The notes: generated by a model not told the origin, from the sequence alone. Positions 1-11,928 are shown, numbered from the whole stretch's first letter. The stretch is DNA of 63,740 bases, filler included, from Saprolegnia diclina VS20 (GCF_000281045.1; 8 parts of 3 records of this genome joined end to end with filler, not necessarily neighbours in it), one strand, 5' to 3'. Numbers and translations: made by a program.

Positions 1-2
1 GG

Positions 3-104
3 CACTTTGAAGCCGACCTCACGACGCACGACCTCATCACGCTGCACAAGGTCGACCTCGCGATCGACGCGCTCGCCAGCGACGCCGCAGACCTTTGCCA
101 ATAA
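3..104 (+). CDS. 3' end of an unidentified gene running in from the left edge
   Basis: Open frame HFEADLTTHDLITLHKVDLAIDALASDAADLCQ* with strong GC3 codon bias, ending at TAA 102-104 and followed by a T-rich UTR-like stretch. Confidence 0.55.
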   Translation, partial: HFEADLTTHDLITLHKVDLAIDALASDAADLCQ

Positions 105-885
105 GCTTTTGGGTCATATTTAAGTTTTGCATTTTCTCAATTAAGTATCGTTCATTTTTGTGTCTACATTGTCCTTTTCCTACCTACAGTTTGCTGTCCA
201 GGGTTACACTTGCTATGCCGTTGCACAACAGCGTCGTCCTTTCCACACAGCGCCGTGCGCCACATCGGCAGCTTCTTGTGCCAGCTGGTGCGCGTTGAAG
301 AACGTCGCGTGGAAGCGCCACGTTTGCTTGGATCAAACGCTCGGTCAACGACCGCATCTCTCATCGGTGCCACAGTGTAGATGCCGACTGATGGGATAGC
401 CGCCATGAAGCACGAGGAAGCACCGAAAAAGGTTTGTAAATCGCACCAACGCTCGGACGGTATGTGGTCCGATATAGGATGACGGCACAACGGTATTGTC
501 GTCGTCTTCGTTTTTATATGGGAGGGCGAACAAAGGCAGCGCACGTCGACTGCGCATTTGAGCCAGAAAGGAGCTCCATTCAAAGGTTCCTTGGGTGAGC
601 GTGTGCGATGCAGTCGCAGGCGATTTCTTCCATGACCAACAAGTATGGCGGCAGAGTCCCCATCTGCATGTTTCTTCTTGCACTGTGCACCGTACACAAT
701 CTCTTCGAACCAGTTGCAATTTGGTGGCTCCCACATGCGACGACCAGTTGAAGGTGAAGGGGTCCTGTTCGATCCTCGTCCAAAACACAGCGATGAGCAA
801 GTGCAAGGTGGGGTTTCAAACTGAGTTGACAGAATAAACTAGCGCTGGTTGGCTCAATGATCTTGGGAGCTGAAGTGTAGGTCAA

Positions 886-3870
886 CTATGCATCGACCAG
901 GACGTAGTAGTCGGTGTCATGGTGGACGGGACGATTTCGGTGGCGGTGAACCCCGGCGACCAAACCGACAAGGAGACAGAAGATTCCGAGTCCCCCCAAG
1001 AAAGGAGACGCTGGGTGCGACGCCAAAAGGAGCAGCGCATCGTCGACGACGAGGCACGTGTAAATGTCCTGCGTCGAAGCCAGCTGCATCGCCGAGTCGT
1101 AGTCGTCCACTGGCAATGCAAGCATTGGCTTGCACACTGCAGCACCGTCGCAGCGCTTGGAGACATACTGCACGCGCGTTCTGTTGCTCTCGCAGTCGAC
1201 GACGACACCTTGACACACGGCCGCCGAGGCCACCGTGTCACCCGCACACGCTACGATACGTAAACTCGTGGTCGCCAGCTCCGTATGCGTCGTAGCGTAG
1301 CCGACACTGCTGTACGTGAACGCGCACGTAATGTTGAGCGTTGTCGCGTGTGTCGCCAAAGGGTCCAGGTACACGGCAAACCGACGCACGACTGCGCTGC
1401 GAGCGTCGACCAAGACGGCCTTCTTGGACGTGGTGGCGTAGCGGCCGTCGCACCTAAGCCGTTCAAAGGTCCACGGCGACGGGGTCGTTTCCGCGCACTG
1501 GAGTCCCATGGACGGATCGAAATCGAACGTCACCTCGGCAAACCCTGCGGTTGAAGCGCAAAAGACGTCGGATCCAGCGTCGACCACAGACGTTTGGTAC
1601 CACATTGTGGGAAAGGCATTTGTGACGCAGACGGGTGCCCGGGTGTGCAGATGAATCTGAACGCTCGCCTCGGTGACCAGACCGCACTGCGACCACGCTT
1701 GGACGTGAAGAGTTGTCTCGTGCTGGTGGAAACGAAGGATGCTTTCCTTTGCACTGTTCATCCACGGTCCATAGTCGATGCGGTGCCGCCAGTAGACATA
1801 TCGCGCACCGTCAGGCTGCATATTGGCCAGCAGTGAATGGTCCACAAGACCAGAAGACAGCGTCAAAAGCGTGTATAGTGTCGTGTTGTGGGCGCAGGTG
1901 GCATCCGTGTCGCCCAAGGCGAAGCAGTCCAGCTGGATATGGACGTCCTGCGACCCATTGTATGCTAGCGTCGGGTACAACTCCTTGATGAGCTGCGCTG
2001 TGGTTGCTGCATACGCCGGCGCAATCGTCGCCGAAGCCATAAACAGCGTCGTCCCCGAGGCCACGAGGCATTGGTGTGTCGTGCACCCAACGTCCGAGCC
2101 GCTGCATTCCGGCGCGGGTGTGGCGCTTCTACAATCGGTATACGGCACCCAGAGCTCCCGCAGCGTCGTCTGTAGGTGGCTGCAGCGCGTGCACTGGTAC
2201 GGCGCCACGGGCGAGTGCAGCTGAAGCTTCCCATCGTCTGCGCCGAACGGAGACGCCTCGAGGCGACGGCCAACATCGAGCGAGATTGGAGCTTGAAGCC
2301 ACGTCTGCCCACGGTCAAAACGGTCGTTTGTCTCATTGAGCTCGAAAAAGTCCCGCCGAGCGAACGTCTTGAGATCGCATCGCGCTGCACTGCACGCATC
2401 GTTCTCAGCGTTGAGGCCGTACGTGACGTGCTGGTCGACGTTGGCTTGCGCCGCAGCGAGGTTGCTCAGTGTGTACTCTGCAAGGCCTGGTGCTGCCCAC
2501 GCACAGACACTGCTCTCACAGAGCACGTTCGGACATGTTTGCGTGCTGCGGGGTCGGTAGAGGTCCCGGATCACAAGACAGGCGCGACACGATGTGCCAT
2601 TGCTGGCAATGTCAATGTTGTAGGCTCCCGGTGATTTCCACACCACGTTGTCCAGCGCCCTCGATGGCGACGACGGCACCTCACCCGCGTACACATCGGC
2701 TGTTGCGTTTGTCGCGGCTCTGACGTGTATCGCTATGGTGGTCGACGTCTGCAGCGGAAATGGCACATGGACCATCGACGGTGGTCGGCGGATGTGGCAT
2801 TGATTGCGGTCGTCTCGATCGATGGACGGCGAAGCAATCTCGTACACAAATGTGCGGTTCGCGTGCACGCATCGCCCGTCCGACGGTGCTTCGACGACGG
2901 GCTCACAGGCGGCACCGGACGCCCGCAGCGCCACGTCCTGGCCACTCGGACACCGACACACGCAGTGCCGCGTCCCGTTCGCATCGAGGTACAACGTCGG
3001 CTTGCCATGCAAGAGCTGCGACGAGCAGTAGTACCACGTGTCCAAATGTGGCCACTGCACCAGATCCAAATCCACTAGCGCTGCCAGATCATCGTTTGCG
3101 ACAATGATACTGGATACCGCCGTCACCCCACGGTCGTGAGCGAGCGCAGCAACAAGCGCTTCGCCATCGTCGGTCGGTAGCAGCGCCACGATACGTTTCT
3201 CAGGCAGCAGCGCATGCAAAAGCTGCCGTCCTTGCGCCTCAATGAGCGCACCATTCGGCCGCGGCACCCACGCCGTCAGCGAAACGCTTCCGTGCACTGC
3301 ACCGTCCGGCGTCACGTGCGCTAGCTTTTTGAACCACGCGGGGCGGGCGCTGCGGTGCTCGGGGCGATGATACCGGTGCATGGCAATCGGAGCTCGGGTC
3401 GAAGCAGTTGTTTTCGGCGTCGACCTCGGTGCCCGTGTCGGTGTTTGCTTCGGTGTCGATGTCGGCGTCGATGTCAGTGTCGCCTTTGACGTCGTTTTCG
3501 TGCAGCTATCGTCCACGAGCTGCATGGTTTGCCACACCAGCGAGCACGTTTGGCCGTCGATGAGGTAGGCTTCGTCGCGCGTGATCGCGCGCAGGCGGTC
3601 GATCCACGACTCGATGGACGCGATGACCGACTCGTTGCGAAAGCAGCTCGAGAGAGCAAACAAAATCGGGTACACGCAGTCGGGCTTTGTGGTCCCACCG
3701 ACCGCGCGATCACAGACTGGGTGCGTCCCGTTCGCAGAGTGCAGCAGCATCGGCGAGTCGGTAGTCGCCTGCCCGCTGTCGGACCACGGGGTGTAGAAGG
3801 CGTCATCGGACGTTGCGCTGCACATGGCGCACGCAGTGGCTGCGGCCCAGAGAAGACTGCGCCGTGGCAT
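886..3870 (-). CDS. Large Cys-rich secreted/type I membrane protein of unknown function
   Basis: Intronless ORF of about 1000 aa. Signal-peptide-like MPRRSLLWAAATACAMCSA (ATG 3870), a Thr/Pro-rich linker, many Cys, a C-terminal hydrophobic helix (FLGGLGIFCLLVGLVAGV) and a short tail ending DYYVLVDA. Confidence 0.8.
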   Translation of the reverse strand: MPRRSLLWAAATACAMCSATSDDAFYTPWSDSGQATTDSPMLLHSANGTHPVCDRAVGGTTKPDCVYPILFALSSCFRNESVIASIESWIDRLRAITRDEAYLIDGQTCSLVWQTMQLVDDSCTKTTSKATLTSTPTSTPKQTPTRAPRSTPKTTASTRAPIAMHRYHRPEHRSARPAWFKKLAHVTPDGAVHGSVSLTAWVPRPNGALIEAQGRQLLHALLPEKRIVALLPTDDGEALVAALAHDRGVTAVSSIIVANDDLAALVDLDLVQWPHLDTWYYCSSQLLHGKPTLYLDANGTRHCVCRCPSGQDVALRASGAACEPVVEAPSDGRCVHANRTFVYEIASPSIDRDDRNQCHIRRPPSMVHVPFPLQTSTTIAIHVRAATNATADVYAGEVPSSPSRALDNVVWKSPGAYNIDIASNGTSCRACLVIRDLYRPRSTQTCPNVLCESSVCAWAAPGLAEYTLSNLAAAQANVDQHVTYGLNAENDACSAARCDLKTFARRDFFELNETNDRFDRGQTWLQAPISLDVGRRLEASPFGADDGKLQLHSPVAPYQCTRCSHLQTTLRELWVPYTDCRSATPAPECSGSDVGCTTHQCLVASGTTLFMASATIAPAYAATTAQLIKELYPTLAYNGSQDVHIQLDCFALGDTDATCAHNTTLYTLLTLSSGLVDHSLLANMQPDGARYVYWRHRIDYGPWMNSAKESILRFHQHETTLHVQAWSQCGLVTEASVQIHLHTRAPVCVTNAFPTMWYQTSVVDAGSDVFCASTAGFAEVTFDFDPSMGLQCAETTPSPWTFERLRCDGRYATTSKKAVLVDARSAVVRRFAVYLDPLATHATTLNITCAFTYSSVGYATTHTELATTSLRIVACAGDTVASAAVCQGVVVDCESNRTRVQYVSKRCDGAAVCKPMLALPVDDYDSAMQLASTQDIYTCLVVDDALLLLASHPASPFLGGLGIFCLLVGLVAGVHRHRNRPVHHDTDYYVLVDA

Positions 3871-4020
3871 CCTGTGTTGTGAAAATACTGCAAGCGGCAA
3901 GGCTGTTGACTCGTTCGAAGCGAACATTTCGGTCGTGGCGTTGAGCGTAGATCTATAAACTGGTCTTTAGTATTCACATAATAATATCAAGATAGCGTGG
4001 TGATGACGCTGTCGTCATCG

Positions 4021-4060
4021 GGATTGGCTAAAATCATGGTGGACGCGGATTGGCTAAAAT
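4021..4060. promoter_or_regulatory. Duplicated CCAAT (ATTGG) box in a bidirectional promoter
   Basis: GGATTGGCTAAAAT occurs at 4021-4034 and 4047-4060 between divergent ATGs at 3870 (-) and 4124 (+). Confidence 0.55.
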
Positions 4061-4123
4061 GCAGTGTTTATTCGACCGGACTTGGCTTTCGTCATCAGTG
4101 TGTGAAGCAGCAGCAGCAGCAGC

Positions 4124-6084
4124 ATGGAGGCCATCGACAGCGACGCGTACAAGCAGGCCAAGGAAGCCTTCGTCTCGGGCAACAATGGCACGACGATGGG
4201 CGAGATCGCGCTCATCCTCTCGATCCTCTCGGTGCGTCGGCGCTCCAGGCGTGGCCGGCTAACTCGAATCGACGTGTCTAGACGAGCATGTGGTTCTACA
4301 ACGAAGTCATGTTTGTCCTTGAGCGCGCGGGGCTTCTCGCCGGCTCCAAGCTCCAGGTACACTCCGTCTCTCATCAAGTGCTATCTTGCTGAGCCTGCGG
4401 TATCAGCGCACGGCGATCCTCTTTGTCCTTGAGTTTACCGTGCTCGTGTTGCCCATCTTGATCGGCTTTACGTTCACCGAGTACTCGCTTCCGATCACGG
4501 GTAGTTCATCCTTGGATCCATGCATTGACGTCTCTTGACCCGGCGCGTGGATAGCCTTCTTTGGCGTCTTCTCGGTCATCCTTGGCGTGCTCTCGTGGAA
4601 GCACGCCAACGAGCCGATCCAAAAGCTCGCGCGCAACGAGAAGCTCACGTTGCTCAACGGCAAGGAGAACCCCGCTGTGACCTGCTTTCGCGCGCAAATG
4701 ATGGTGTGCACGTACGTAGTTCCTCTATCGTTCGTGTTCTTACCGTGTCGAGTTAGCGTCGTTGCGATCCTTGCTGTCGACTTTACCATTTTCCCCCGGC
4801 GGTTCTCCAAGACCGAGACCTTTGGCGTTAGCTTGGTAAGCGCACGGTATGCTATGCCCGTCATCTTATTCGAGCGTTATAGATGGACAGCGGTGTCGGT
4901 CTCTTCATCATGTCGTCCGCCCTCACGTCGGCGTACGCTCGCGGCGCGACGGCGAAGAAAGCGTCGTCTCGGTAACGCCGAATTTCCCAGCATGGACAAG
5001 TGCAATAGTCTCACATGCGTAGCGTCTCGTTCCGGGCGATTTGGGGTCTCTTCCGCCCAATGATCCCCGTGCTCATTCTCGGTGTCGTTCGCTTCATCAC
5101 GGTCAAGAAGGTCAACTACCAGGTATAACTGTGTCTGTGTGGACAATTTGCATCTCAAGCTCGCGCATAGGAGCACGTCACCGAGTACGGTGTGCACTGG
5201 AACTTTTACATCACGCTCGCGAGTCTCTACTTCACGTACTCGCTCCTCTCGCTCTTTGGCTCGATCTTTGTGTCGGTGCCCGCCGCCATTCTCATGCTGT
5301 TTGGTACACGCGTCGATGTGTTTTCTCAAACTCAATCTCAACGCCAGGCTATCAACTCGCGCTCTCCAATTACGGCGTCGAGGACTACATCTTTCACGCG
5401 CCCCGCGTCGACCTCTTTAGCATGAACCGCGAAGGCATCTTTAGCCTCTGCGGTACGTACACATCATTATGACATCGTGCGACCTTGGACCGTATGGCGT
5501 AGGCTACCTGCCGCTGTACATTTTGTCGGTGGCGATTGGTCAAATCATCTTTTCCCAATCCAAGGTCGGTACCAAGATGCTGCGTTCGAGCCGGTGGATT
5601 GCTGCCGAGCTCTTCATGATCTGCTTTGCCTGCTACCTTGCGACAGAAGCGCTTACGCGCCACGTGACGCCGTCATCGCGCCGTCTCGTACGTCGTCGAT
5701 CGTCCACTGGAAGATACAGTGGCTGATGGCATTCTGTTTGCGTAGCTCAATGTGCCGTATGTCGGTTGGATCCTCGCCCAGGGGCTTATCGTGCTCGTGA
5801 CGCACTCGCTCGGCAACTTGCTCAGGTACGCCAAAGTGTATCAAGTTGATGCAATGATATCTCTTAGCATTTGGCCGCGCGTGCCGATTCTCTTCCGTGG
5901 CATCTCGCGCAACCAGCTCTTTGTGTTTTTGGTCGCCAACCTCTCGACGGGCGCTGTGAACCTCAACATGCGTACGATCTACGCCTCTGAGACGACCGGC
6001 GCGATTGTCCTCGTCCTCTACCTCCTCGGCGTCTCGTTGGTGGCGGTTGCGCTCGACTTTTTCAACATCAAGATCAAGTTGTAG
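4124..6084 (+). CDS. PIGW: GPI inositol acyltransferase PIG-W/GWT1 (multi-exon)
   Basis: YKQAKEAFVSGNNGTT N-terminus; AILAVDFTIFPRRFSKTETFGVSL / MDSGVG; EYGVHWNFYITL; NREGIFSLCG; PSSRRL; ISRNQLFVFLVANLSTGAVN; C-terminal IKIKL*. Segments are separated by short GT-AG introns. Confidence 0.93.
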
Positions 6085-6148
6085 ATAGATATACCTCTTT
6101 GTATCGATCTATCAATCATCGCATTGGCTATGACACTAGATTTTTTTG

Positions 6149-8440
6149 TTATTGGCTGGTCGCTGCCACCAAGAGCACGACAGCAACGCCGGCTTGGCAA
6201 ATGTCCCAGTACATACCGCAGCGACTGGCTTTGGCCAAGAGATTGCAGGTTGGAATCTTGGTCGGTCCAAAGATGGTCGTCGTCGTCGTCGTCAGCGGCG
6301 TCACCTGCAGCCGCGGCAGGCCCCGCGTTTTGGCCAATCGACGACGCACAAACGGTACGAGGCGGCGCACGGCGCCATGCCATTGGAAGAAATCGTGCGT
6401 CCGGAGCGACCGTCGGACAAAGAACGAGCGGCGAAGCGCCTCTTCTTCATAGCTCGTGAGCATGCCAAGGACGAGGACGATGGCAACAAATGCGCCGTAC
6501 TCGTGTACATGGGTAGGCGAAACGAGCGTGCAGACGCTGAGAAAGACCACGGCGGCGGCGACCGTTCCCCCGGTTGCGTATATAAACCTACCCCGCAAGT
6601 TGCAATGTATCAACAACGTTCATCACGAATTCGTACCGGACGCGAAGCCCGGACCGGTGCGGAAACAAAATCGCGTTCAGCAGGCCGAGGTAGTAGCACG
6701 GCGCGGCCACGGGCTGTGCAGTCAACGACAGCGTGCAAAAGAGCAGGATGCTGCCCATGCTGAGTACGTGGCCAAACACAATCGCCGTCGACAGCTGCTG
6801 CATGCGGTGGACGTACGTGCGCGGCGGGGCTTCGAGCAGCGCGGGCGACTCCTCCAAAACGACAGGCGATCCAGTCACCGCAGACGTCTCGTAGTACGCG
6901 CGCCCGAGGCGGTGCATGCATATTTGGGCGCCGAAATAGGCGGCGACAACGCTCATGCGCAAGGCGAGGGCCGCGTGGTAGGGCCACAGCGGCGTGTCAG
7001 TCACCATCAAATACCTACGCGCTGCGTTAGGACAATGTGTCTCCATTCGAACGACCGTCGGTCTTGGATGGCGAGGAGGAGCTGCTGGAAGAGAACGCTT
7101 TGGACAGCGTATCGAATCGCGCGAAATGCGTGTTTGTGCAGGCGCCGATTGTCGAGCGGCTCGAACGGCGAGCCGTCCAAGAGATACCAATGGCGGTAGA
7201 AGGTCGCTTCGATCGCCGGGTGCTTGAACTGCAAGGTGAGCCTACGTGCTGACATCGTCAACCATACGAGAAGACACTGGCGTACGGATGCAAGAGTGCG
7301 TGTTTGCTCGTTGCCGGTGTCTTGCACTGGCTAAAGATTTCATCGCGGTACAGCTCGCGCGGGTAGAACGGCAAGTGCAGCGTGTAGTTGCGTCGACGAA
7401 GCACTTCGACACGGTAGTGCGCGACGGCGCCGCCCACAATGCCGCCGAGGTAGCTGAACCTACGATCCTTGATGAGACACCGTTTCAAGCGAAATAGTGC
7501 ACACGCTTGAAAGCCAATGTCCGGGACAGTCTCTTGCCCCGCCGCCAGAAGCGCGACGAGGTGCATCGAGATGGTGGCGGCCACGACGCGCCAAGCAACG
7601 TCAAAGCGCAGACGCGTGATACCAAAGATCGGAATGAAACACACAAAGAGCTCGAGGACGGGACCAGGGCGAGACAGCAGCAGTTTCTGCGCCGTGAGCT
7701 CGGCGGCGACGACGACAAAGGCGAATGAAGTGTACACCTCGCAGTAGCCCGTCCAGGCCTCGCGATATGTGCAGCCAAAAGCGATGGCGAGCGCCGACAA
7801 GGCACATCCGGTCCCGATCCACACGACCGGCTAAACGCAGGTTAGTTTAAGTACCGATGAAAGAGGCTCAAACCGCTGGTGTGCCACTGCACTGGGTGTA
7901 CAGCGTTTTGCCCAAGAGACTGATACACCCGAGCAGCAGCGTGTACCGGATGCGTCTTAGCGCTGCGCGGTGCAACATGCGCGCAAACGCAGCTTCGTAC
8001 TGCGGCAGAAAGCGGAGGGTCATCCGATGCATGCCGACGCGGTCGATGAGTTCTTTGACGTGCATCTCGTAGCTCCGTCGCGTCTTGGACCGCTCAAAGG
8101 CATCTAGGGTTATCACACGTCGACACGTGGCAAGTCCCGAGACTGACAGAGGTACCTGTGAGCGAGAGACACTCGGCGGCGACGTCTAGACTGCTCAAGA
8201 TGACACCCTCCACGTCGATACTCGGTGCCGTCTCGAGCTGGAGCTGCCGCTGAATGACTTTGAGGCTTGGTGACTGCACCGTCTTGGCGCTTCTCGGTCT
8301 CGTCGGTGGCGCGACGCGGTAGTAGGCGGTCGACTCTGGGCTCAGCATGTTGCCCAACGCGGCTTTCGCACTGACACGCAAACGTAACTGTTGTTCTTTC
8401 GACAAGATGGCGGGACCGAGTCCAATATATTTGGCGCCAT
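6149..8440 (-). CDS. Multi-exon polytopic membrane protein resembling the transmembrane clusters of membrane adenylyl cyclases, with no catalytic domain seen
   Basis: Successive hydrophobic exons in ORFs 7868-8116, 7258-7824, 7007-7327, 6588-7190 and 6149-6616, with motifs LRFLPQYEAAF, LTLQFKHPAIEATFY and YEEEALRRSFF. Start at ATG 8440 is inferred. Confidence 0.65.
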
Positions 8441-8674
8441 GTTTGCCTCTTGCTTGGGCTTAGAAACTACAGCTACCCACGACGAGGTATTCTGGAGATC
8501 AATGCACTCGGACGTCGTGCCCATTACCTTGGTGCACTGCGCACTCCTGGTGCTGCTTGCTCGTAGCCGGTGCTGCCACGAACCGAGCTAACACTATTCA
8601 AAATATCTGGAAATGGTGTGGATGAAAATCCCACCGTGGGGTTCTATTTCCCACCGAGACAAAAACGGCTTGGG

Positions 8675-9265
8675 ATGGGCAACCTCAACTGCCTCGAGCA
8701 GTGCCAAGCGATCCGCGAGCACGACGAGCGGCTCACGTTCCTGCGCCTCGGCGGCGTCTTCAAGCGCAAAAAGTACACCTTCGGGATTAGCACGGGCGCC
8801 GAGGCCGTCAACCTCCAGCTGCACCCCGACTCGGACGAGGTCCTGCTCTGGACGTCCGACGCGCAGGCGACAGGCGCCAAGCCCAACGAGATCGAAGTCG
8901 GCGCCATCAAGGCTGTGACGCCCATGGCCACAACGTCGTTCCAGATCCTCTCGATGCAGGGCGACGTGCTCCTCGAGCTCGAGGCCGAGTCGGCCGAAGT
9001 GCGCACGGCGTGGGTCACAGCGCTCCAGTTTGTGTGCGAACAGGTGCAGTCCGAGCAAGAAGCGAACGGCTCCAACAAGAAAGGTCCCGCGACGCCGACG
9101 AGCCTCAAGCAAATGGTCAAAGACCAAGCGGCCAAGCAAGCGTATTGGCACAAGCGGCAACAGGAGCTCAAGCAGCGCGAGCTCGAGGCGGAAGAACGCA
9201 AGAAGAAGGTTGGCGCCAACGGTATGAAGTACACCGCGATAGCCATGGCGAACCGTTCGTCGTAA
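8675..9265 (+). CDS. PH-like domain protein with N-terminal MGxxxC lipidation motif and C-terminal coiled coil
   Basis: MGNLNCLEQ start at 8675; PH-type C-terminal helix LELEAESAEVRTAWVTAL; charged coiled coil KRQQELKQRELEAEERKKK. Confidence 0.75.
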   Translation: MGNLNCLEQCQAIREHDERLTFLRLGGVFKRKKYTFGISTGAEAVNLQLHPDSDEVLLWTSDAQATGAKPNEIEVGAIKAVTPMATTSFQILSMQGDVLLELEAESAEVRTAWVTALQFVCEQVQSEQEANGSNKKGPATPTSLKQMVKDQAAKQAYWHKRQQELKQRELEAEERKKKVGANGMKYTAIAMANRSS

Positions 9266-9419
9266 CCCATCATGTGCAAGTACGATCTGCGACTTGGGCT
9301 GCTTCTGCGACCGTTGACACGCTTCGTACTCGGAAAAAACAGCTAAAAAGCTGGCAGGTCGATGCTGCATCGCCTCTCGTGTCGATAGCTGTTCACTCCA
9401 TTCTACAACGCGTCGCAAT

Positions 9420-10142
9420 ATGGGCAAGACACCTGGTGTGATGGTGAGTGTGGTCAAGTACGACATCCGCAAGTCTGGCTGGTCGCGCGCGCCGTACGTG
9501 GTACGACGGAAGGTCCGCTTGCGGCCAGTGACATCGGGTACAGTAGAGCTTTGTTGTACAGTGCGCGGTGCGTAATTGCTCGCGCCGACTGGAGTACCGG
9601 TACTCTGACTTTTACAAGCTCAAGCAGCAGGTAAAGGACGCGTATGTGCTCACGAAGGCTAAGTTGCTTGTAGCTGGCGGCGTCGAACGACCTCGGCAAG
9701 ATTACCGCACCGTTCCCACCCAAGGCGGTGCAAGTCCCGTACGTGCTTCCGACGCACCAGCACCTCGCTACTCGCCAAGCCATGGTGCGACGCTTCGCAT
9801 TGGTCTCAGTACTTAGAGGATTTCTAGCTGGAGGCCTTTTTGCGGGAGCTCATCAGCGTTGATTTGTCGTGGGACGGGACAAAGGCGCTCGATGCCTTCT
9901 TGAAACTCGACACGGACCCGCTCTGGTCGGCGGGGTGGAGTCTGACCGAGTACAAGCGCTTGAAGCGCCAAAATGGCAGTCGCGTGACCAGCAGCGATGT
10001 CTCACGTGGACGCCAAGAAGGTCCTTTGCACACGTCGGACGAGGACGAGGAGAAAGAAGATGCGGTGATACCACCATTTACGCTCGAGAACGTACCGCAC
10101 CGGGTCCCGCGCCACGCCGTTTCCACACCGGTCGACAACTGA
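9420..10142 (+). CDS. PX (phox) domain protein (spliced)
   Basis: MGKTPGVMVSVVKYDIRK..APYV, then RRLEYRYSDFYKLKQQ (PX RRYSDF-like motif), then LEAFLRELISV..ALDAFL; GT-AG introns between segments. Confidence 0.7.
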
Positions 10143-10833
10143 TGCTGTCCAACGGCTATAACCTTACTTCAACATGAGGTCAAGACGACCATCAAGCCGT
10201 TTCTTGTTGTACAAAAAATGCAATATGGAGTTGAGATCGGAATACGTTTATGGCGCCTTCGACCAGCGACTGGTACTACAACTACATCACACGATGATGA
10301 TCCGCGCGGCGCTTCCGCCAGAGGCACTTTGAGAGACGGTAGTCGCACCCGTTGCGCTCGAGTTTATCGACACTTGTGATGGTGCATATGACACTCCGAG
10401 TGCTATTAATAAGATGGTCGCACAAGGTGAAAAATGACGATGCAAATACGTACGAAACCATATGTTGGTTGCTCGAGGACGCCGCCAGCTTGACCCGCTC
10501 TGTTAAGCCGTGGGTCACGTTCCATGCGCCAATTCAATTGAAGCGTCAGAGCACGTTCGCTTGGTCACGCATGCCGTCGTCCATGTGGTTTCTCGTGTCT
10601 TTTTGTTGTCGCTTACGACGTTCCACTCTACTCTCATTCGCGTCCAACGGCAAACTCGGACAGGCGCGTCGAGCGCGTGCGTCTTGTTGGCCCACTAGAG
10701 GTCGTGGGCCAACGGGCACCTTCGCAGATCGTTCTGCTTAGCGCCTCATCAACTCCGATCGGCACCAACGCAAAAAAAATCCAGTACCTGCACATCGGTC
10801 GCCTCGACACTTGGCCGCATTTTCAAATTCACC

Positions 10834-11928
10834 ATGACAACGACCAGCGACACCGGCTTTTGGGCCCACCTCTTTAGCGCCGAGAACACGCTCGGCGATC
10901 TCGTCGACAGCAACGGCCAGCCCGTGGTGATTGCAGACCTCAACCCGACGGTCCTCTTTCTCATCTCGGCCTACTGGTGCGAGCCGTGCCGCGCCCTCGC
11001 GCCAACGCTTCTCGCGTTTCTCGAGACGCACCCGAACGACGTCTCGGTCGTGTACTTTGGCCGCGACTTCAACGCTGAAATGCAGGCCTTTGCTCTCCGC
11101 GACAAGCCCATGTACAATCGATTTACGTGGCACGCGGAGAACAACGCGACGTTTGCGCGTCTTGGGAAGGCGTACCCGTCGCTGCAGTGCATTCCCGCCG
11201 TCTTGGCCATCGACCGCGACACGGGCAAGGTCTACTCGGAGAAGGCCGCCGTGGGCTTGCGCCTCATGCCCGATCAACTCCTCTCCATGTGGGCGGCGGG
11301 CGACGACATTACGCAAGAACAAGTGTACGCATATTGGGGCAGTCTCCGGTACCCGGACGTGCCGTGCATCGATTTCTTGTCGCAGCTCCCGCTCGACACG
11401 ATCGTCGATGCCACCGGAGCCGGGAGCAGCTTTGACGCGCTCAACCGGTTTGTCGTGCTCTACGTGGACGCCAAGTGGGCGCAAAAACCCGAGGACGACC
11501 GCGTCCCGCAGTTGACGCCGATGCTCGATGCGTTCGCCAAGGCCAACCCGAACGACGTGTCGGTGCTCTTCTACAGCCTGGACGCGACGGCCGAAGCGGC
11601 CAGCGAAACCACAAACGGCACCTCGTTCTTTGCCTTCCGGCACAGCAGCGACCTTGTCCAGATTGCCGATGGCCTCAACAAGATCCTCACCAAGGACGAC
11701 GAGTACAACAGGCTGTCAGCGCCGCGCGTCCTTGTCTACGACAAGGAAACACACACGGTTGTCGCTAAGCAGCACTCGGGCATCATGATCAAGCCACACG
11801 ATGTTGTGGCGGCGTGGAAGGTGGGCGACTGCGGCATCACCGACCAAGAGATGGGCAATTGGCATCGCGCGCGCTATGAGGCCGACCAAAAGAAGAAGCA
11901 GGCAGCCAAGGAAGCGGCTGAGCCATAG
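10834..11928 (+). CDS. Nucleoredoxin/tryparedoxin-like protein with two thioredoxin-fold domains
   Basis: Intronless 364 aa; LFLISAYWCEPCRALAP active site and cis-Pro motif CIPAV; a second repeat (VVLYVDAKWAQKP..LTPML) lacks CxxC. Confidence 0.85.
   Translation: MTTTSDTGFWAHLFSAENTLGDLVDSNGQPVVIADLNPTVLFLISAYWCEPCRALAPTLLAFLETHPNDVSVVYFGRDFNAEMQAFALRDKPMYNRFTWHAENNATFARLGKAYPSLQCIPAVLAIDRDTGKVYSEKAAVGLRLMPDQLLSMWAAGDDITQEQVYAYWGSLRYPDVPCIDFLSQLPLDTIVDATGAGSSFDALNRFVVLYVDAKWAQKPEDDRVPQLTPMLDAFAKANPNDVSVLFYSLDATAEAASETTNGTSFFAFRHSSDLVQIADGLNKILTKDDEYNRLSAPRVLVYDKETHTVVAKQHSGIMIKPHDVVAAWKVGDCGITDQEMGNWHRARYEADQKKKQAAKEAAEP

Noticed and set aside
3..104. Pterin-4a-carbinolamine dehydratase call from LTTHD
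   Set aside because: Only a 5-residue resemblance; downstream spacing does not fit well and the fragment is too short.
105..885. ORFs 164-736 and 345-806
   Set aside because: No codon bias or motifs like those of the real genes here.
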